From positions 2,976,001 to 3,040,000 of the forward strand of contig NC_088810.1 in NCBI RefSeq assembly GCF_011386835.1: a stretch of DNA of 64,000 bases, read 5' to 3'. Position 1 is the stretch's first letter. The number at the start of each line of letters is the position of its first letter. Shown in pieces: positions 12,530 to 24,766 of this stretch. This DNA is from Chrysemys picta bellii. Taxonomy: Eukaryota. The notes under the pieces are model-generated. The model saw only the letters and a list, made by a program, of their open reading frames with translations, did not search any database and was not told the origin of the DNA. A program made the translations under genes and the position numbers.

Positions 12530-13818
12530 CTCATAACTAGGGAAATACAGCCTGGAAGAATTTATTATTGTGGATGTACAACTGGTTGGAAAATGGTAGT
12601 TATCAATGGTTCACAGTCAAGCTGAAAGGGCCTATCGAGTGGGGTCCCACAGGGATCTGTTCTGGATCTGGGTCTATTTAAGATCTTCATAAATGCTTTG
12701 GATAATGGCTCAGAGAGTACACTTATAAAGCTTGCAGATGACACCAAGCTGGGAGGGGTTGCAAGCACTTTGGAGGGCAGGATTAGAATCAGGGCCGGCT
12801 CCAGCTTTTTTGCTGCCCCAAGTGGCGAAGCATGGGGGGGGAAAAAAGGCCCGGTCAGTGGCACTTCGGTGGCAGCTCAGCCGCGCCGCTTCTTCTTCGG
12901 TGGCAATTCGGCAGCAGGTCCTTCGCTCCGACAGGGACTGAGGGACCCACTGCCGAATTGCCGCCGAAGACCCGGATGTGCTGCCCCTTTCCATTTGCCG
13001 CCCCAAGCACCTGCTTCCTTCGCTGGTGCTTGGAGCCGGCCCTGATTAGAATTCAAAATTATCTGGAGAAACTGGAGAAATGGTCTGAAATAAACAGGAT
13101 GAAATGCAATGCGGACAAATGCAAAGAACTCCACTGAGGAAGGAAGAATCAATTGTCAATCACAAACGAAATACGAGTCAACAACGTCATACTATTGCAA
13201 GAAAAGCAAATATCATTCTGAGATGTATTGGTAGAAGTGTTGTAAGGAAGAGACAAGAAGTGATTCTTGAGCTCTACTCAGCACTGATAAGGCCTCAACT
13301 GGAGGACTGTATCCCGTTCTTGGCACCACACTTCAGGAAAGATGAGAACAAATTGGGGAAAATCCAGAGAAGAGCAACAAAAATGATTCAAGGTCTAGAA
13401 AACATGAGCTATGAGGGAAGATTGAAAGAACTGGATTTGTTTAGTCTGGAGAAGAGATGAATGACGGGGGACATGATACCAGGCTTGAAGAATGTAAAAG
13501 GTTGTTACAAAGATGAGGGTGATAAATTGTTCTTCATCATTGAGGAGAGGACAAGAAGCAGTGGGCTTAAATTGTAGTAAAGGAGATTTCAGTTAGACAT
13601 TAGGAAAAATTTCCTAACTGTCAGGGGTGGTTAAGCATTGAAACAAATTCCCTAGGGAGGTTGTGGAATCTCTATCATTGGAGGTATTTAAGAAGAGGTT
13701 GGACAAACACCTGTCAGGGATGGTCTAGAATGATAAAGCTTCGTCCTGCCTCAGCGCAGAGCACTGGACCAGATGACCTAGCGACCTCCCTTCCAGTCCT
13801 ACTGCTATGAGTCTATGA
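12530..13818 (+). mobile_element. 5'-truncated CR1 LINE interrupted by a hAT MITE
   Basis: RT motifs LADDTKLGG, LYSALIRPQLE, QRRATKMIQGLE; 3' CCCTTCCAGTCCT...CTATGAGTCTATG tail. Confidence 0.9.
12790..13044. mobile_element. hAT MITE (CAGGGCCGGCTCCA TIR)
   Basis: 14-bp TIRs and perfect 8-bp TSD ATTAGAAT (12782-12789 and 13045-13052). Confidence 0.92.
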
Positions 13819-14680
13819 AGCTAGATAATTATTTTAGGTTTGTCATGGTTGCCCACATTGTGTCTGGGGGAAAGGGTTTTTGAGTGATACCCAAATCAAT
13901 CCACTTACAGTGACACTGTATTATCAAAATTTCCACCAACCGGAGCACCTGGAGCTGGGGGGGGGGCAGTGATTCCCCCCCTCTCCCCCCCCCCACACAC
14001 ACTGCAGAGAGGAAACCACTGAAATTATGATTCTGTGGATGTGTATGACTCAAATGGCACCTCTCTCACCTGTCTAGCATTTGCATGTCCAATAAACTAC
14101 ACATGCCCCCAGCCCGACTACAGTGAGATCTCTGCTCCAGAGGCTCTGTCTCCTGGATCTTCTCAGGGTCGTGCTCAGATCTACTTCTGCCAGCTTTCCA
14201 CCTCCACTGCGACAGTCAACGGGCAAGCTCCACTGGGGACACACTGTGGGTAGACTGCAGAGAAAACCCATGACACAGAGTCTGAGCATGAGTCAAGGAC
14301 ATGAAAGAATCCCACCTCTGGCTGACGTAGCTCTGCTGACAAAAGCCCCAGTGCGGACGCAGCCATGCCAACGGATGAGGGTTCCCGTGGTCACAGCTAA
14401 CGCCGTTCGGGGAGGTGCTAGTTTAGGTCTGCGGGCGGCGTAGATATTGCTGAAGTGTCATTGTATGTGGTGTGTTATCACCCAAAGACTTGTGTTTTCT
14501 TGTTCAGTGGCATTCGCTCCAGTGGCCTTCGCTGCGTTCAGGGCAGTTGCACTGACTGGTGCCGGGATTCCTGGCAGCAATTGTCCCCGGCTCTCACAGC
14601 GTTGATCCAGCTTTCACCCTGAATATCGATGACAGCATTGCTTCCCCAGTAGGGCAACGGGTGCCAGACACCGGTGGGAT

Positions 14681-14922
14681 CAGGCGCGGCTCCAGGCACC
14701 AGCACTCCAAGCGCGTGCCTGGGATGGCAAGCCGTGAGGGGGTGGCTTGACGGTCGGTGTGAGGGCGGCATGCCTGCGGGAGGTCCGCCCGTCCCATGGC
14801 TTCGGCAGCAATTCGGCGGTGGGTACACTGAAGGCGCAGGACCGGTGGACCTCGCGCAGGCATGCCGCCGAAGGCTGCCTGACTGCTGTGCTTGGGGCGG
14901 CGAAATACATAGAGCCGCCCTG
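14681..14922. mobile_element. hAT MITE
   Basis: CAGG..CGGCTC/GAGCCGCCCTG termini with perfect 8-bp TSD GGTGGGAT. Confidence 0.9.
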
Positions 14923-15034
14923 GGTGGGATTGTGTACAAAGGGGAGTGGAGTTTAGTGGTTAGAGCAGGGAGGACGGGAGCCAGGGCTCCCCATCAAAGC
15001 CCAGCGCTCGCTTTCAGGCTCAACGAAGAGAGCA

Positions 15035-15440
15035 GCTAGGCCTCTTTCCTGTAGAAGAGACAGCTGCAAACAATGGAGGCCTCTGACCACAGCAGTAGGT
15101 CGTGTGGCAGGTCAGAGCCGAACCGTGTGGACTGTGAGGTGTGAACACAGGGGCTAGGAGATCGGTAGCCACCTTAACAGCCTCCCTGAAACTGGCAGGA
15201 CCCACTGGGATTTGTTGAGCAAGGGTGGTGCCGGAACCTGAAAAGAATGTTGTTGTTTGCGCTGAGTTCCAGTTTTGAATTCCAGCCCCCATCTGCACAC
15301 ACCTCGTTCGCTGGGGCAGGTGCAGCCGGGCTGAAGGAAGGACGGAGGCGCTGGAGTGGGGGGCTGAGCTGTCGCTGTGAGGTGAGGAGAGGGGTGGACG
15401 TACCATGAGATCCAGCGCTGAGCTCGGTAGCCTATGGCAG
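15035..15440 (+). promoter_or_regulatory. Candidate promoter and non-coding first exon of G2 (donor GAG|GTGAGG at 15381/15382)
   Basis: ~400-bp block highly similar to 21935-22345 while its flanks differ; conserved donor consensus; downstream ATAG acceptor at 16293-16294. Confidence 0.5.
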
Positions 15441-16074
15441 TAGCAGCACATGGAAACTTCTTGCCACGGGACCGGGAGGGGCAGGCATCGTCAGGGCTGA
15501 GGACCAGGGAGGAGGATGCAGGGACTGACATGGCGTCAGCGAGGGCATTTTTGGAAGGGGGCACAGAGATGGGGGCACATGGAGACACGGGACTTTGGAG
15601 GGGCAAAGCTGAACCCTCCTCCTGTATCTGCTACTGCGCAGCTCTGACCTGAAGCAGCCGAATCGGGGGGAATGGGCAGGAAGGGCAAGCCTGCAGGACC
15701 TGCCCTATGGCTGGGCACCATATGGGGAAGGTGGGGACTTGTGGGTCCCTGCCCCTGACCGGGGAGGCAGCAGAGGGGACACCAGCATGGGGAGGATTTG
15801 AAGGGGGAGACTCTACACATCCGTCTGCAGCAGCAGCTTGAAGCTTAATCCCAACTCTGGGCCGGCTGTGAGGGTTGACACGGGGTGTTTCAAAGGGGGA
15901 GGCCCAGCAGCTGGAGGGCGGTGCAGGGAAATAGGGCAAACAGGCTACGCTGGGGGTGGCCGGGAGCCTGGCTCGGGTCAGGAGCTGGACAAGAACTGTC
16001 GGCTCTCAGAGGCGCTGGGTAAAGGGGAGAGCATGCCACCCCAAGGGAAGTATGGGACACGTATGATAAATAAT

Positions 16075-16190
16075 CATACCTGGCTTTTCCATCATGCTTT
16101 TCCATCTGTAGATCTAAAGCGCTTTTCATTATCCCCATTTTACAGATGGGGAAACTGAGTCCCAGTCTAGTGTTCTGTCCACTACGTAAC
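16075..16190 (+). mobile_element. MIR/CORE SINE fragment
   Basis: ATTATCCCCATTTTACAGATGGGGAAACTGAG core motif. Confidence 0.75.
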
Positions 16191-16298
16191 ACTCTTTTTT
16201 ACTCACTGCATGTTACAATTCTGGGGTGACTTGTTCTGAGGGAGGAACAAGACTAAGACTGACACTTAATTTTGGGTGGGTTTTTTTTCCATAGGAGG

Positions 16299-17540
16299 AT
16301 GGAACAACTAAAAGATATCTTCGGTAAGGTATTTACAAAACACAGAAATACACTGCCTGGTCTGTCCGAGCAGGAAACTGATGAGCTCAAGGCTGCCATC
16401 GAAACAGGAGACCTCTCATTAGCAGCGTATGTGGTGCAGAAGTCTGACGAGTTACTTAAAAAAACTGAGCTCAACATTGCGATCACAGGGGAGTCAGGAG
16501 CTGGGAAATCATCCTTCCTCAATGCCCTCCGGGGCCTGGGAGATGAGGATGAAGGATCCGCTGAGACCGGGGTGGTAGAGACAACCAAAGAACCAGAGCG
16601 GTACCAGCATTCCAAGTACCCCAATGTGATCTTCTGGGACCTGCCAGGCATTGGGACCCCAGATTTTAAACCAGACACTTACCTGGAGCAGGTGACATTC
16701 AGTCGCTATGACTTCTTCATCATCCTCGCTTCGGAGCGGTTCAGGGCCAACCACGCCAAACTGGCCCAGGAGATCCGGAAGATGAGAAAGAAGTTTTACT
16801 TTGTGCGTTCCAAGGTGGACTTGGACCTCTACAATGAGAAATACAAAAAGAGCTTCAATGAGGAGAGAACCCTGGAGAAAATCAGAAATGACTGCGTCAA
16901 CAACCTGCCCAGAGAAGGGATGAGCTCCCCACAGGTTTTCCTTGTGTCGAGCAGGGAATTTCAGAAATACGATTCTCCCAAACTGCAGAAAAAGTTGCTG
17001 AAGGAACTGGAAAGTCACAAGAAACACATTTTCCTCATGGCCCTGCCCAATCTTTCCCAACCAATCTTGGAAAAGAAGAAAAAGGCTTTGCAGAGGCAGA
17101 TCTGGAAACAAGCCCTGAAGTCGTGCGCCATCGCAGCTGTTCCTCTCCCGGCTCTCTCGGTGAAGTGCGACGTTGGCATCCTGGTGGATAACATGAGACA
17201 GTATTGTGAGAGCTTCGGCCTGGATGACATTTCCCTCATTATACTCGCTAGCCAGGTTGGGAAGTCTGTCGCTGAGCTGAAGTATGTGATCAAGTCCCCA
17301 TTGTCCAAAGAGATATCTAAAGAAATGGCTGAGAAGCTGCTGGCACAAGCTACCGGGGAGGGTGTAATGGTAGTTAAACATTTTGTCAGCATGATACCAG
17401 TGGTTGGGACCATATTTGCTGCAGAGAGGTCTTTCACTGTGACTTACAAAATGCTGAATAGCTTTTTGGATGGTGTTGCTGAAGACGCACAAAGAGTCCT
17501 GATCAAGGCATTGGAGACAGAAGAGAAAACAAGTGAATAA
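16299..17540 (+). CDS. IRGC-like: G2: IRG p47 GTPase (IIGP5-like), 413 aa
   Basis: GESGAGKS, WDLPG and RSKVD motifs; true ATG at 16299 follows acceptor TTTTTTTTCCATAG|GAGG (the ORF track start at 16272 is a TTG). Confidence 0.95.
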   Translation: MEQLKDIFGKVFTKHRNTLPGLSEQETDELKAAIETGDLSLAAYVVQKSDELLKKTELNIAITGESGAGKSSFLNALRGLGDEDEGSAETGVVETTKEPERYQHSKYPNVIFWDLPGIGTPDFKPDTYLEQVTFSRYDFFIILASERFRANHAKLAQEIRKMRKKFYFVRSKVDLDLYNEKYKKSFNEERTLEKIRNDCVNNLPREGMSSPQVFLVSSREFQKYDSPKLQKKLLKELESHKKHIFLMALPNLSQPILEKKKKALQRQIWKQALKSCAIAAVPLPALSVKCDVGILVDNMRQYCESFGLDDISLIILASQVGKSVAELKYVIKSPLSKEISKEMAEKLLAQATGEGVMVVKHFVSMIPVVGTIFAAERSFTVTYKMLNSFLDGVAEDAQRVLIKALETEEKTSE

Positions 17541-18137
17541 CAGCAACAAAAGACCAATAAGGTGGATACACGCCTCTGGCAGATGGAGATTGGAGCCAAC
17601 CAGAGGACAATGGCAGATTCTTCTGTACTCAAATCTAATGCAACAAAAGAAAAAATATTGAAAAAGCTCTCCAGAGTTTGGCCTTTTAAAAACAAAGATG
17701 TATTTCCAATGCTGGGGAATAGGCAAAAATAAGTACAGTCCCCTGGCCCCACCATTTTTTTTAAGCCCCCAGCTGGGAAAGTTGAGGAACAGCATCAGGG
17801 CAAATACCAGCTCAAAAAGTCCTGATCTCTGTTAATAACATGGGTCAAGATTTTTAAAATATACTTGAACTTCCTCTGTGTAAATCAGTGGAGATTCCTG
17901 AGTCCAATGGAGCGATTGACACCAGCTGCGGATGTGGCCTATCGCATGTGGTGCAAATCGGTGCAGAGTCTGACCGTGACAAGCCAGCAGAGCTGTAATC
18001 ACAGTGCAAAACATGATCAGAAAATAGTGAACCCGGAACCAGCTCCTTCCAGCTTTTGTTCTTTCCCTGAGTCCTTTTCCCTTCGCCATTCAATGCTGGG
18101 TCAGATCAATTCCACCCAAAGCCTGTGAACACAATTC

Positions 18138-18143
18138 ATTAAA
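18138..18143 (+). other. Candidate ATTAAA polyadenylation signal of G2 (paralogous site 28083-28088 for G3)
   Basis: ATTAAA conserved in both near-identical 3' flanks. Confidence 0.35.
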
Positions 18144-18459
18144 AGGACACCATTAAAAATCGACTTCTGAGCAGTAAGACACCGACCTGAGACCTGTAAC
18201 CTGCTCGGCTCCCATGGACTCAGCTCTCAACTCAACGCTGCTCTAATGCAGGTCCCTGCGCCCCAGGGAAACAGACTTGGTTAGAAACCCCCGAGCACAG
18301 ATCCCCAGTAATACACCTAGCTCCAGTGATTCAATCCCATTGACCCGCTCTGGGGATCTGGTCTTCCAGGCACATCCGTTTAACGGGTCTCTTAGCAGAG
18401 TTTAGCTAAAGCTTCTTTTCTCCATCTGCCGCCCTTACGCTAGTGGCTCTTATTAGCCC

Positions 18460-18950
18460 TGTAACTAAGTTGTACCCTGAGCAGGGTTTGGAAGCATCTG
18501 GCTGCTAACCCCATATCAGAGGCTTAACAGTTAAATCACTGATGTGAGAGTCTTCTCATAGCCTCGATCTGCAGTTTGAGCTGCTGCTGCTGCTGTTTGA
18601 TTTGCTGATTTACTTGTTTGATGCAGATTTTATATAATCCGGAGTCTGGGAATCACCCCACACCGCTCAGCGTGACCTGGGGTTTGCAGATTGTAATCAC
18701 ATTGTGTCAGGCTCTGATGACGAGTGGTTGCATGTCTGCTCTGCGTATTCGCTGCTTGAGGTTTTGTCATCCCTGCCGATCTTAGAGAAATACTTTTGTC
18801 TTTTAATAAACTCCCAGTCCGTTGGATCTGACACTTTGTGCATCTGATTTTTGTGGCTCTTAGGAAAACACGGAGTGAGGGGCATCAGCTGGACCCCAGC
18901 TTTGACTCCATCTCCCCCTCAGCTCTGCAGATTTGGACTGGATAGTTCCC
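18460..18950 (+). repeat. LTR-like block downstream of G2 (paralog of 3376 and 28404 blocks)
   Basis: Direct sequence similarity to the other two copies. Confidence 0.55.
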
Positions 18951-19139
18951 ATAGTTGTGAGCCAGCTGGGACTGGGCAGTATCTAGTCACTGTCTCTGGC
19001 TCTGGGACTCCAGGGTGCACCACCAGCCTCAAACCTCTTCTCTTGAGCCACCCGAGACCCCAAATCAGTGTCTGAGCCTGCCTGAGTGCTCCAGTCACTT
19101 AGACACATGCCGCTGGAGCACCTAGGTTGTGGGGGCTCT

Positions 19140-19357
19140 GGGCTTTTTAACGGCGGTGAGAGTAATTAACAATCGGAACGCCTTGCCCAGGGGCGTGGTG
19201 GATGCTCCATCGCTGGCAACTTTTAACTCAAGATGGGAAGTTTTTATAGAAGATCTGCTGCAGGAATTATTTGGGGGGAATTCTCTGGCCTGTGTTATAC
19301 AGGACGTCAGACTAGAAGATCACAAAGGCCTCTTCTGGCCTAGGAATCCATGAATAT
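19140..19357 (+). mobile_element. CR1 3' end fragment
   Basis: GTGGTGGATGCTCCATC...GTCAGACTAGAAGATCAC...CTTCTGGCCT...CCATGAATATCTGTG 3' UTR and tail motifs. Confidence 0.75.
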
Positions 19358-20504
19358 CTGTGGGGATAGCATGGCTGGAAAGGTCGGAACGCAGGCTCAA
19401 CAGAGGACCCCAAGGACTTTGCTCACAAAGCTCTTGATAGTTTCAGGTCTTTGAAAATAACACAAGGCCCCCTCCCCTGGCCTGATCTCACACCACGTAG
19501 GAGTCTAAGGCACCATCTACACTCAAAAGTTCTATCAGCATAGCTGTGTTGGTCAGGGGTGCGACCAGACAGGAGAGTGATCAGGCAGATGTGGGGTTGG
19601 TGGGGCACAGAATTCATAAGAATTCAGGGGCTAGTGAAGCTGGAATCTCTGCACCACCAGGAAGCATTTTATACCAATTTTGGTAATTTGGTCTCAGCTG
19701 GGTCCCCCTAGCGATGGCCAGAAAAGTTAGCAGAGTTGGCAACACACACTCGAGGGTATTAAACAATCAGAAGACAGTCCTAAAAGCACGACACAACCTT
19801 TTCTGAATTAACTCTCGTGATTGTGGGGGTCTGGCTCATGATTTTTCAACTTGTGGGGCTGGCCATACTGAGGGTGGGCTGGACTGGCAGCAGAGTGGGG
19901 AGAATGTGGGAGGCTGGGTGCAGAGGGGAGAGGTCTCAGTGCTCACAGGGTGCAGAGGGGACCAGGGGAGGTGTGACTGGATGCAGAGATGCAGCAGGGG
20001 ACATTGGTTCATGGGGGGGACAGATCGGGTGCAGAGAGGAACGAGGAGGTGCTGCAGAAAGACGTGTCTGATGCTCAGGAGTTGACAGGTGCACAGGGTG
20101 AAGTCAGAGCTGCCAAGCGCCTCTCACCGGGCCGCCTGCCCCAGCGCAGGGCCTCAGAACCCAGACAGGCCGGGAGGGGTGACAGACCAGGCTCTGGCTC
20201 CCCACTCTGGACAGGGGGAGATGCCCAATGGGAGGTGCTTACTGACGGACGGGCGCTGCATCCTGGGCCTGCATCCGCCACCATGCCAGGCAGCGACACT
20301 GCCCCCCACCTCGAGAGTGAGGCTGCAGGTACCCTCTCTAGCACCCCCAGGTACATACTCTCTGTACCCCACAGGTACCCTTTCCCAGTACCCCCAGGTA
20401 CCTCCTTCAGCATCCCTCAAATACCCCCTCCCAGTACACACACACCCCTCCAGCCCCCCCAAAACACCCGCTCAGCATCCCCCAACTGTACCAACCTCCC
20501 CCCC

Positions 20505-20885
20505 CCCCCCCCCAGAGGTGCCAGACTCTATCAACTCACCTAAGTCACAGGTGTTACTGAGTTGCGTTAATTCTGTGACATATTGCTCTGCGGTGCCATC
20601 AGTTTTTTGCATGCATGTAAAAAATCTCTCTCTCAAAGGTCTCATTCCTTTTTGGCATGCAATGCTCATCAAATTTAGTCAGTATTTTACTAAACCTTTT
20701 GCAAACTCAAAGTTGTTATAAATATCCAATACAACCTGCAAAATATTGATGATTAAACTTTTATAGCGTTTTTCTCCTCTGCCTGTGGCTGCTAAATACA
20801 ATGCAAATGTGTGTTGGAATTTTTTTCAGTTCTCTGAAACATTGCCTGACAATTGCAGACTAGATGCACGTTGCAACACATCCAT
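20505..20885 (-). pseudogene. Ty3/gypsy retrotransposon gag remnant
   Basis: Manual translation from ATG 20885 gives MDVLQRASSLQLSGNVSEN*KKFQHTFALYLAATG...LDIYNNFEF; after a frameshift, ERFFTCMQK.DGTAEQYVTEL..LSNTCDLGEL, typical gypsy gag motifs. Confidence 0.75.
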
Positions 20886-21002
20886 TTTTAGCTTTTTCAC
20901 CTTCTTAACTAGTCTTGTACTCATAAAATACACACACAAGCCTTTGTTCTCTGTTTGCTACTCCACATCCTCCCCTTGCCTCTGCTGCTTTCAGTTTCAA
21001 AC

Positions 21003-21487
21003 ACAGGAGTTGATTCTGTGGATACGGGGAAGCGATGGACGTGATATATCTTGACTTTAGCCAAGCTTTTGATACGGTCTCCCACAGTATTCTTGCTAGC
21101 ATGTTAAAGAAGTATGGATTGGATGAATAGACTATAAGGTGGATAGAAAGCTGGATAGATTGTCAGGCTCAATGGGTTGTGATTAATGGCTTGGTGTCTA
21201 GTTGGCAGCCGGTATCAAGCAGCGTGCCCCAGGGGTTGGTCCTGGGGCCAGTTTTGTTCAACATCTTCATTAGTGATCTGGATGATGGGATGAATTGCAC
21301 TCTCAGGAAGTTCGCAGATGACACTAAGCTGTGGGGAGAGGTAGCTATGATGGACAGTAGGGATAGGGTCCAGAGTGACCTAAACAAATTGGAGGATTGG
21401 GCCAAAAGAAATCTGATGAGGTTCAACAAGGACAAGGGCAGAGTCCTGCACTTAGGAAGGAAGAATCCCATGGACTGCTACAGGCTG
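21003..21487 (+). mobile_element. CR1 LINE RT fragment
   Basis: ORF 21179-21532: INGLVSSW..V.S.VPQG.VLGPVLFNIFI.DLD..FADDTKL. Confidence 0.9.
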
Positions 21488-21489
21488 GG

Positions 21490-21800
21490 GACCCACCCCA
21501 AACCACTCCTGCACCCCAACGCCCTTCCCTGAGCCCCCTGCTGCACACCGCACCCCTCCCGCACCCTGCATTCCTTCCTGCAACCCAACCCCCTGCCCCA
21601 GTCCTACATTCATGGCCTGCATGCAATTTCCCCACCCAGATTTGGCCCTCGAGCCAAAAGGTTTGCCCATCCCTGGTCTAGATCATGGGTTCTCTAATGG
21701 GGGGGTTGTGACCCCTCAGGGGAGTCACAGGATTATTATGTGGGAGGTCACAAGCTGCCCAGCTCTGAAGGCAGCGCTGTCGCCAGCAGCAGCGCAGAAG
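21490..21800. mobile_element. hAT MITE fragments
   Basis: Right terminus TTTGCCCATCCCTG at ~21674 and adjacent GGGTTCTC..GGGGG..GACCCCTCAGGGG left-terminus-like motif. Confidence 0.5.
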
Positions 21801-21934
21801 TAAGGGTGGCAATGGAGCGCTAAGTCTGCTGTGAAAAGTGACACTGACAATGCTTCTTCGCAACCCCAGTATTAAACAGTAACTATTGGGGAAAAAAGCC
21901 CAGCATTCTCTTTCAAACTTAATAAAGACAGCAA

Positions 21935-22345
21935 TTAAGCCTCTTTCCTGTAGAAGAGACAGCTGCAAACAATGGAGGCCTCTGACCACAGCAGTAGGTC
22001 ATGTGGCAGGTTAGAGCTTAACTGTGTGGACTGTGGAGTGTGAACACAGGGGTTAGGAGGTCGGTAGTCACCTTAACAGCCTCCCTGAAACTGGCAGGAC
22101 CCACTGGGATTTGTTGAGCAAGGGTGGTGCCGGAACCTGAAAAGAATGTTGTTGTTTGCGCTGAGTTCCAGTTTTGAATTCCAGCCCCCATCTGCACACA
22201 CCTCGTTTGCTGGGGCAGGTGCAGCCGGGCTGAAGGAAGGACGGGGTTGCTGGAGCAGGGTGGCTGCACTGTCGCGAGGTGAGGAGAAGGGTGGACGTAC
22301 CCTGAGAGATCCAGCGCTGAGCTCGGTAGCCTGTGGCAGTAGCCG
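21935..22345 (+). promoter_or_regulatory. Candidate promoter and non-coding first exon of G3 (donor GAG|GTGAGG at 22278/22279)
   Basis: Paralog of 15035-15440; downstream acceptor CCAAAG at 26404-26405. Confidence 0.5.
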
Positions 22346-22584
22346 TGCACGGGGCCTTCTAGCCCTGGGGATTGCCAGTGGTCTGGTGGCGTAGGGACCG
22401 TGGTCTCCAGGGTTTACTGAGGGGTAAGTGACAGAAACATCTCAACTCCTCGGGGCAGGGCTAAAAGGGTGGGAACATTGTGTATGTCTGGGGTGAGTTG
22501 AGTGGAATAGGCTGGTATTAAAGGGCTGTTTGAAAGAGGACCGGGATCAATCGTTCCCCATGGCCACTGAAGGCAGGGCAAGAA

Positions 22585-22830
22585 GCAATGGGGTTATATG
22601 CAGCAAAGGAGATTTAGGTTTGATATTAGGAATAACTTTCTAATGGGCAGTTCAGCTCTGGAATCTGCTTCTAAAGGCGGTTGTGGGATCCTCACCACTG
22701 GAGGTTTTTAAGACCAGGTTGGACAAACCCCTCTCAGGGCTGGTCTAGATTTAGTTGGTCCTGACTCAGCGCGGGGGCTGGACTGGACGACCTCGCGAGG
22801 TCCCTTCCAGCCGGACGTTGCTGTGGTTCT
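22585..22830 (+). mobile_element. CR1 3' end fragment
   Basis: AGATTTAGGTTTGATATTAGG...GGTTGGACAAAC...GAGGTCCCTTCCAGCC motifs. Confidence 0.75.
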
Positions 22831-23923
22831 GGGCCAGTCTCAGCAGGGCGCCTGTGCCCCGCATGGAGCTGCCTGCCCCAGTGCCCAGCCCAGCCCCAGG
22901 GCGTTGTGGCCAGTCCTGTCCAGCAGCAGTTCAGGAAGCCTGTCAGCAGAGACCTGGTTCATCCTGGTTCATCATCTGATTCTGGTGCTGCCATTTTCCA
23001 TGTGGCAGCCAGTCCCCCCCAAAGCACCTTGGCCCCGTACCGCAGACATAGCACTGCCCGCCGCTCTGTGCCAGGGCAGGGCTTGGGCAGATGGCATCGG
23101 GGGTGCACTTGTGGGCTGCTGAACTTAGACGTGCACATACTGTCCCCACTGCACCTTGGACCCCCTCTGTGGTGTGCTCCAGGATGCCCTCTTAGGTCTC
23201 AGGCCTGCAGCCGACACCTCTCTCTGGGAAGGGACCAAGGTCTAAACACACCAGGAGTTTCTCACTTTCCACCTGCGGGGTCTGGTACGTCAAAGTCCTT
23301 CCAATCCTTCAGCAGAGTTTGGTTCTGCTTTGGTCAAAGGGTCATGTCCATTTGTTGGATCAAGGCCCCTCTGTTGGTTTTAAACTCTGCCTTTTATACC
23401 AAGCAAAAAGCCCTCTTGGGCCTCTCAGACCTAATCTGAACCAGTTTATGCAATTCTTCCCGGGGTTGTATTCTCTGGAGCTGTTTACCTGTCTCAAGAG
23501 TCATAGTAACCACTTCCCCATGGATTTTACCTCCTGACAGATTCCTATACAGATAACTTTTACAAGGGCGCTACAATAGGACCACAAAGATCCAGAAAAT
23601 AATCATAAAATTAAGCCATATTCCCCAGAGATATCGCCTGTGTTTGCAACAACCATCGCACCCACATCTGAAAGGAGCCCCATTGCAACCCCAGCCACCG
23701 AGCGCAAAGGAAGGTTAAACGCTCTAATGTGCACAGCACTCAAATACCCTTAGCAGAGGATTTGAATTTATTGTCCGTGGCTTCTAGGCACCGCACTTGT
23801 TCCCCTAAGCCACTGAGAATGTCTGAGGAAGTGACAACTCCCAGAGAGGCACATCGTCAGCAGAGGTGCTAAAGCTGTTGTAGTGCCATAACTTTGAAAT
23901 ATTTCTAAACTGATCCTTGGCAC

Positions 23924-24766
23924 TGTGATAAATGAGGGGGGGTAGCACCCTTGTGTAACTCCACAACTATTCAGTTAGCTGTAGAATCCTCCTTAGCAGC
24001 GATACCCGAATTGCCATACATGTAAAGGGTTAAGAGATAAGTTTAAATTGAGTTGGCACCTGACCAGGGGAACCGATAGAGAGGCTGTACCCTTTCAAAT
24101 TGGGAAAAACTGCTGGGTGTGGGGGTCTTTTGTGCTGTCGGGCAGAAGCCGACGGGGCAGCAACATGCTGTAAGGTTTGGGCCAGGTATAAGAATCATCA
24201 GCGTCATACCTAGAAACTACTCATTTGAAACCCCAGATATGTAAGTAGATCAGGAAATGTCTAGTTAGACGCGATCAGATTTAATTCTTCATTTTGGGCT
24301 TGTGGATTCCTCTCTGCTAACCCCAGGTGCTCTTGGTTTGTTTTTGTTTGCTTGTAACCTTTAAGCTGGACCCCAAGAAAGTAATTTTTGGTGCTTAATC
24401 CCTAACAGCCTGAGTTTTCAGATCTGTTTTTTTCCTTTTTTCAATAAAATTTACCCCTTTTAAGAACATGATTAGCTTTCAGTGTCTTAGGAGGTAAAGA
24501 GATTGCATATGTTAATCAGCTGATACAACAGCCGAGATTCCCTTTTCTTTTGTTTTCTTTCTCGGCTGCCCCGAGGGGGGTGGAAAAGCTGAAGGGCATC
24601 AGAAAAAATCATCCTAAGTGAGGGTTTTTCTGGATTGGCAAAAGGCAGTTTTCACTTGGGTGGTGACAGCATTACCAGCTTGGAGGTGGCAAGTGTTAAT
24701 TTTTGGAGTCCTTGCAGGCCCCACCTTCTGCACTCTATGTGCCAGCGTGGGGAACCAGCCTTGACA
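23924..24766 (+). mobile_element. Solo LTR with 5-bp TSD (same family as 51350-52282 and 30262-31330)
   Basis: TGTGATAAATG...CCTTGACA termini, internal AATAAA, flanking GGCAC direct repeat. Confidence 0.88.

Noticed and set aside
17525-17540. Donor-like AA|GTGAAT before the G2 stop (possible G2-G3 fusion)
   Set aside because: Phase 1 plus 3 nt before the G3 ATG is out of frame, and the site is weak
16509-17795. 428-aa antisense ORF over G2
   Set aside because: Shadow of the IRG codon pattern; the same frame is broken in near-identical G3 (26604-27137 only) and has no recognisable domain
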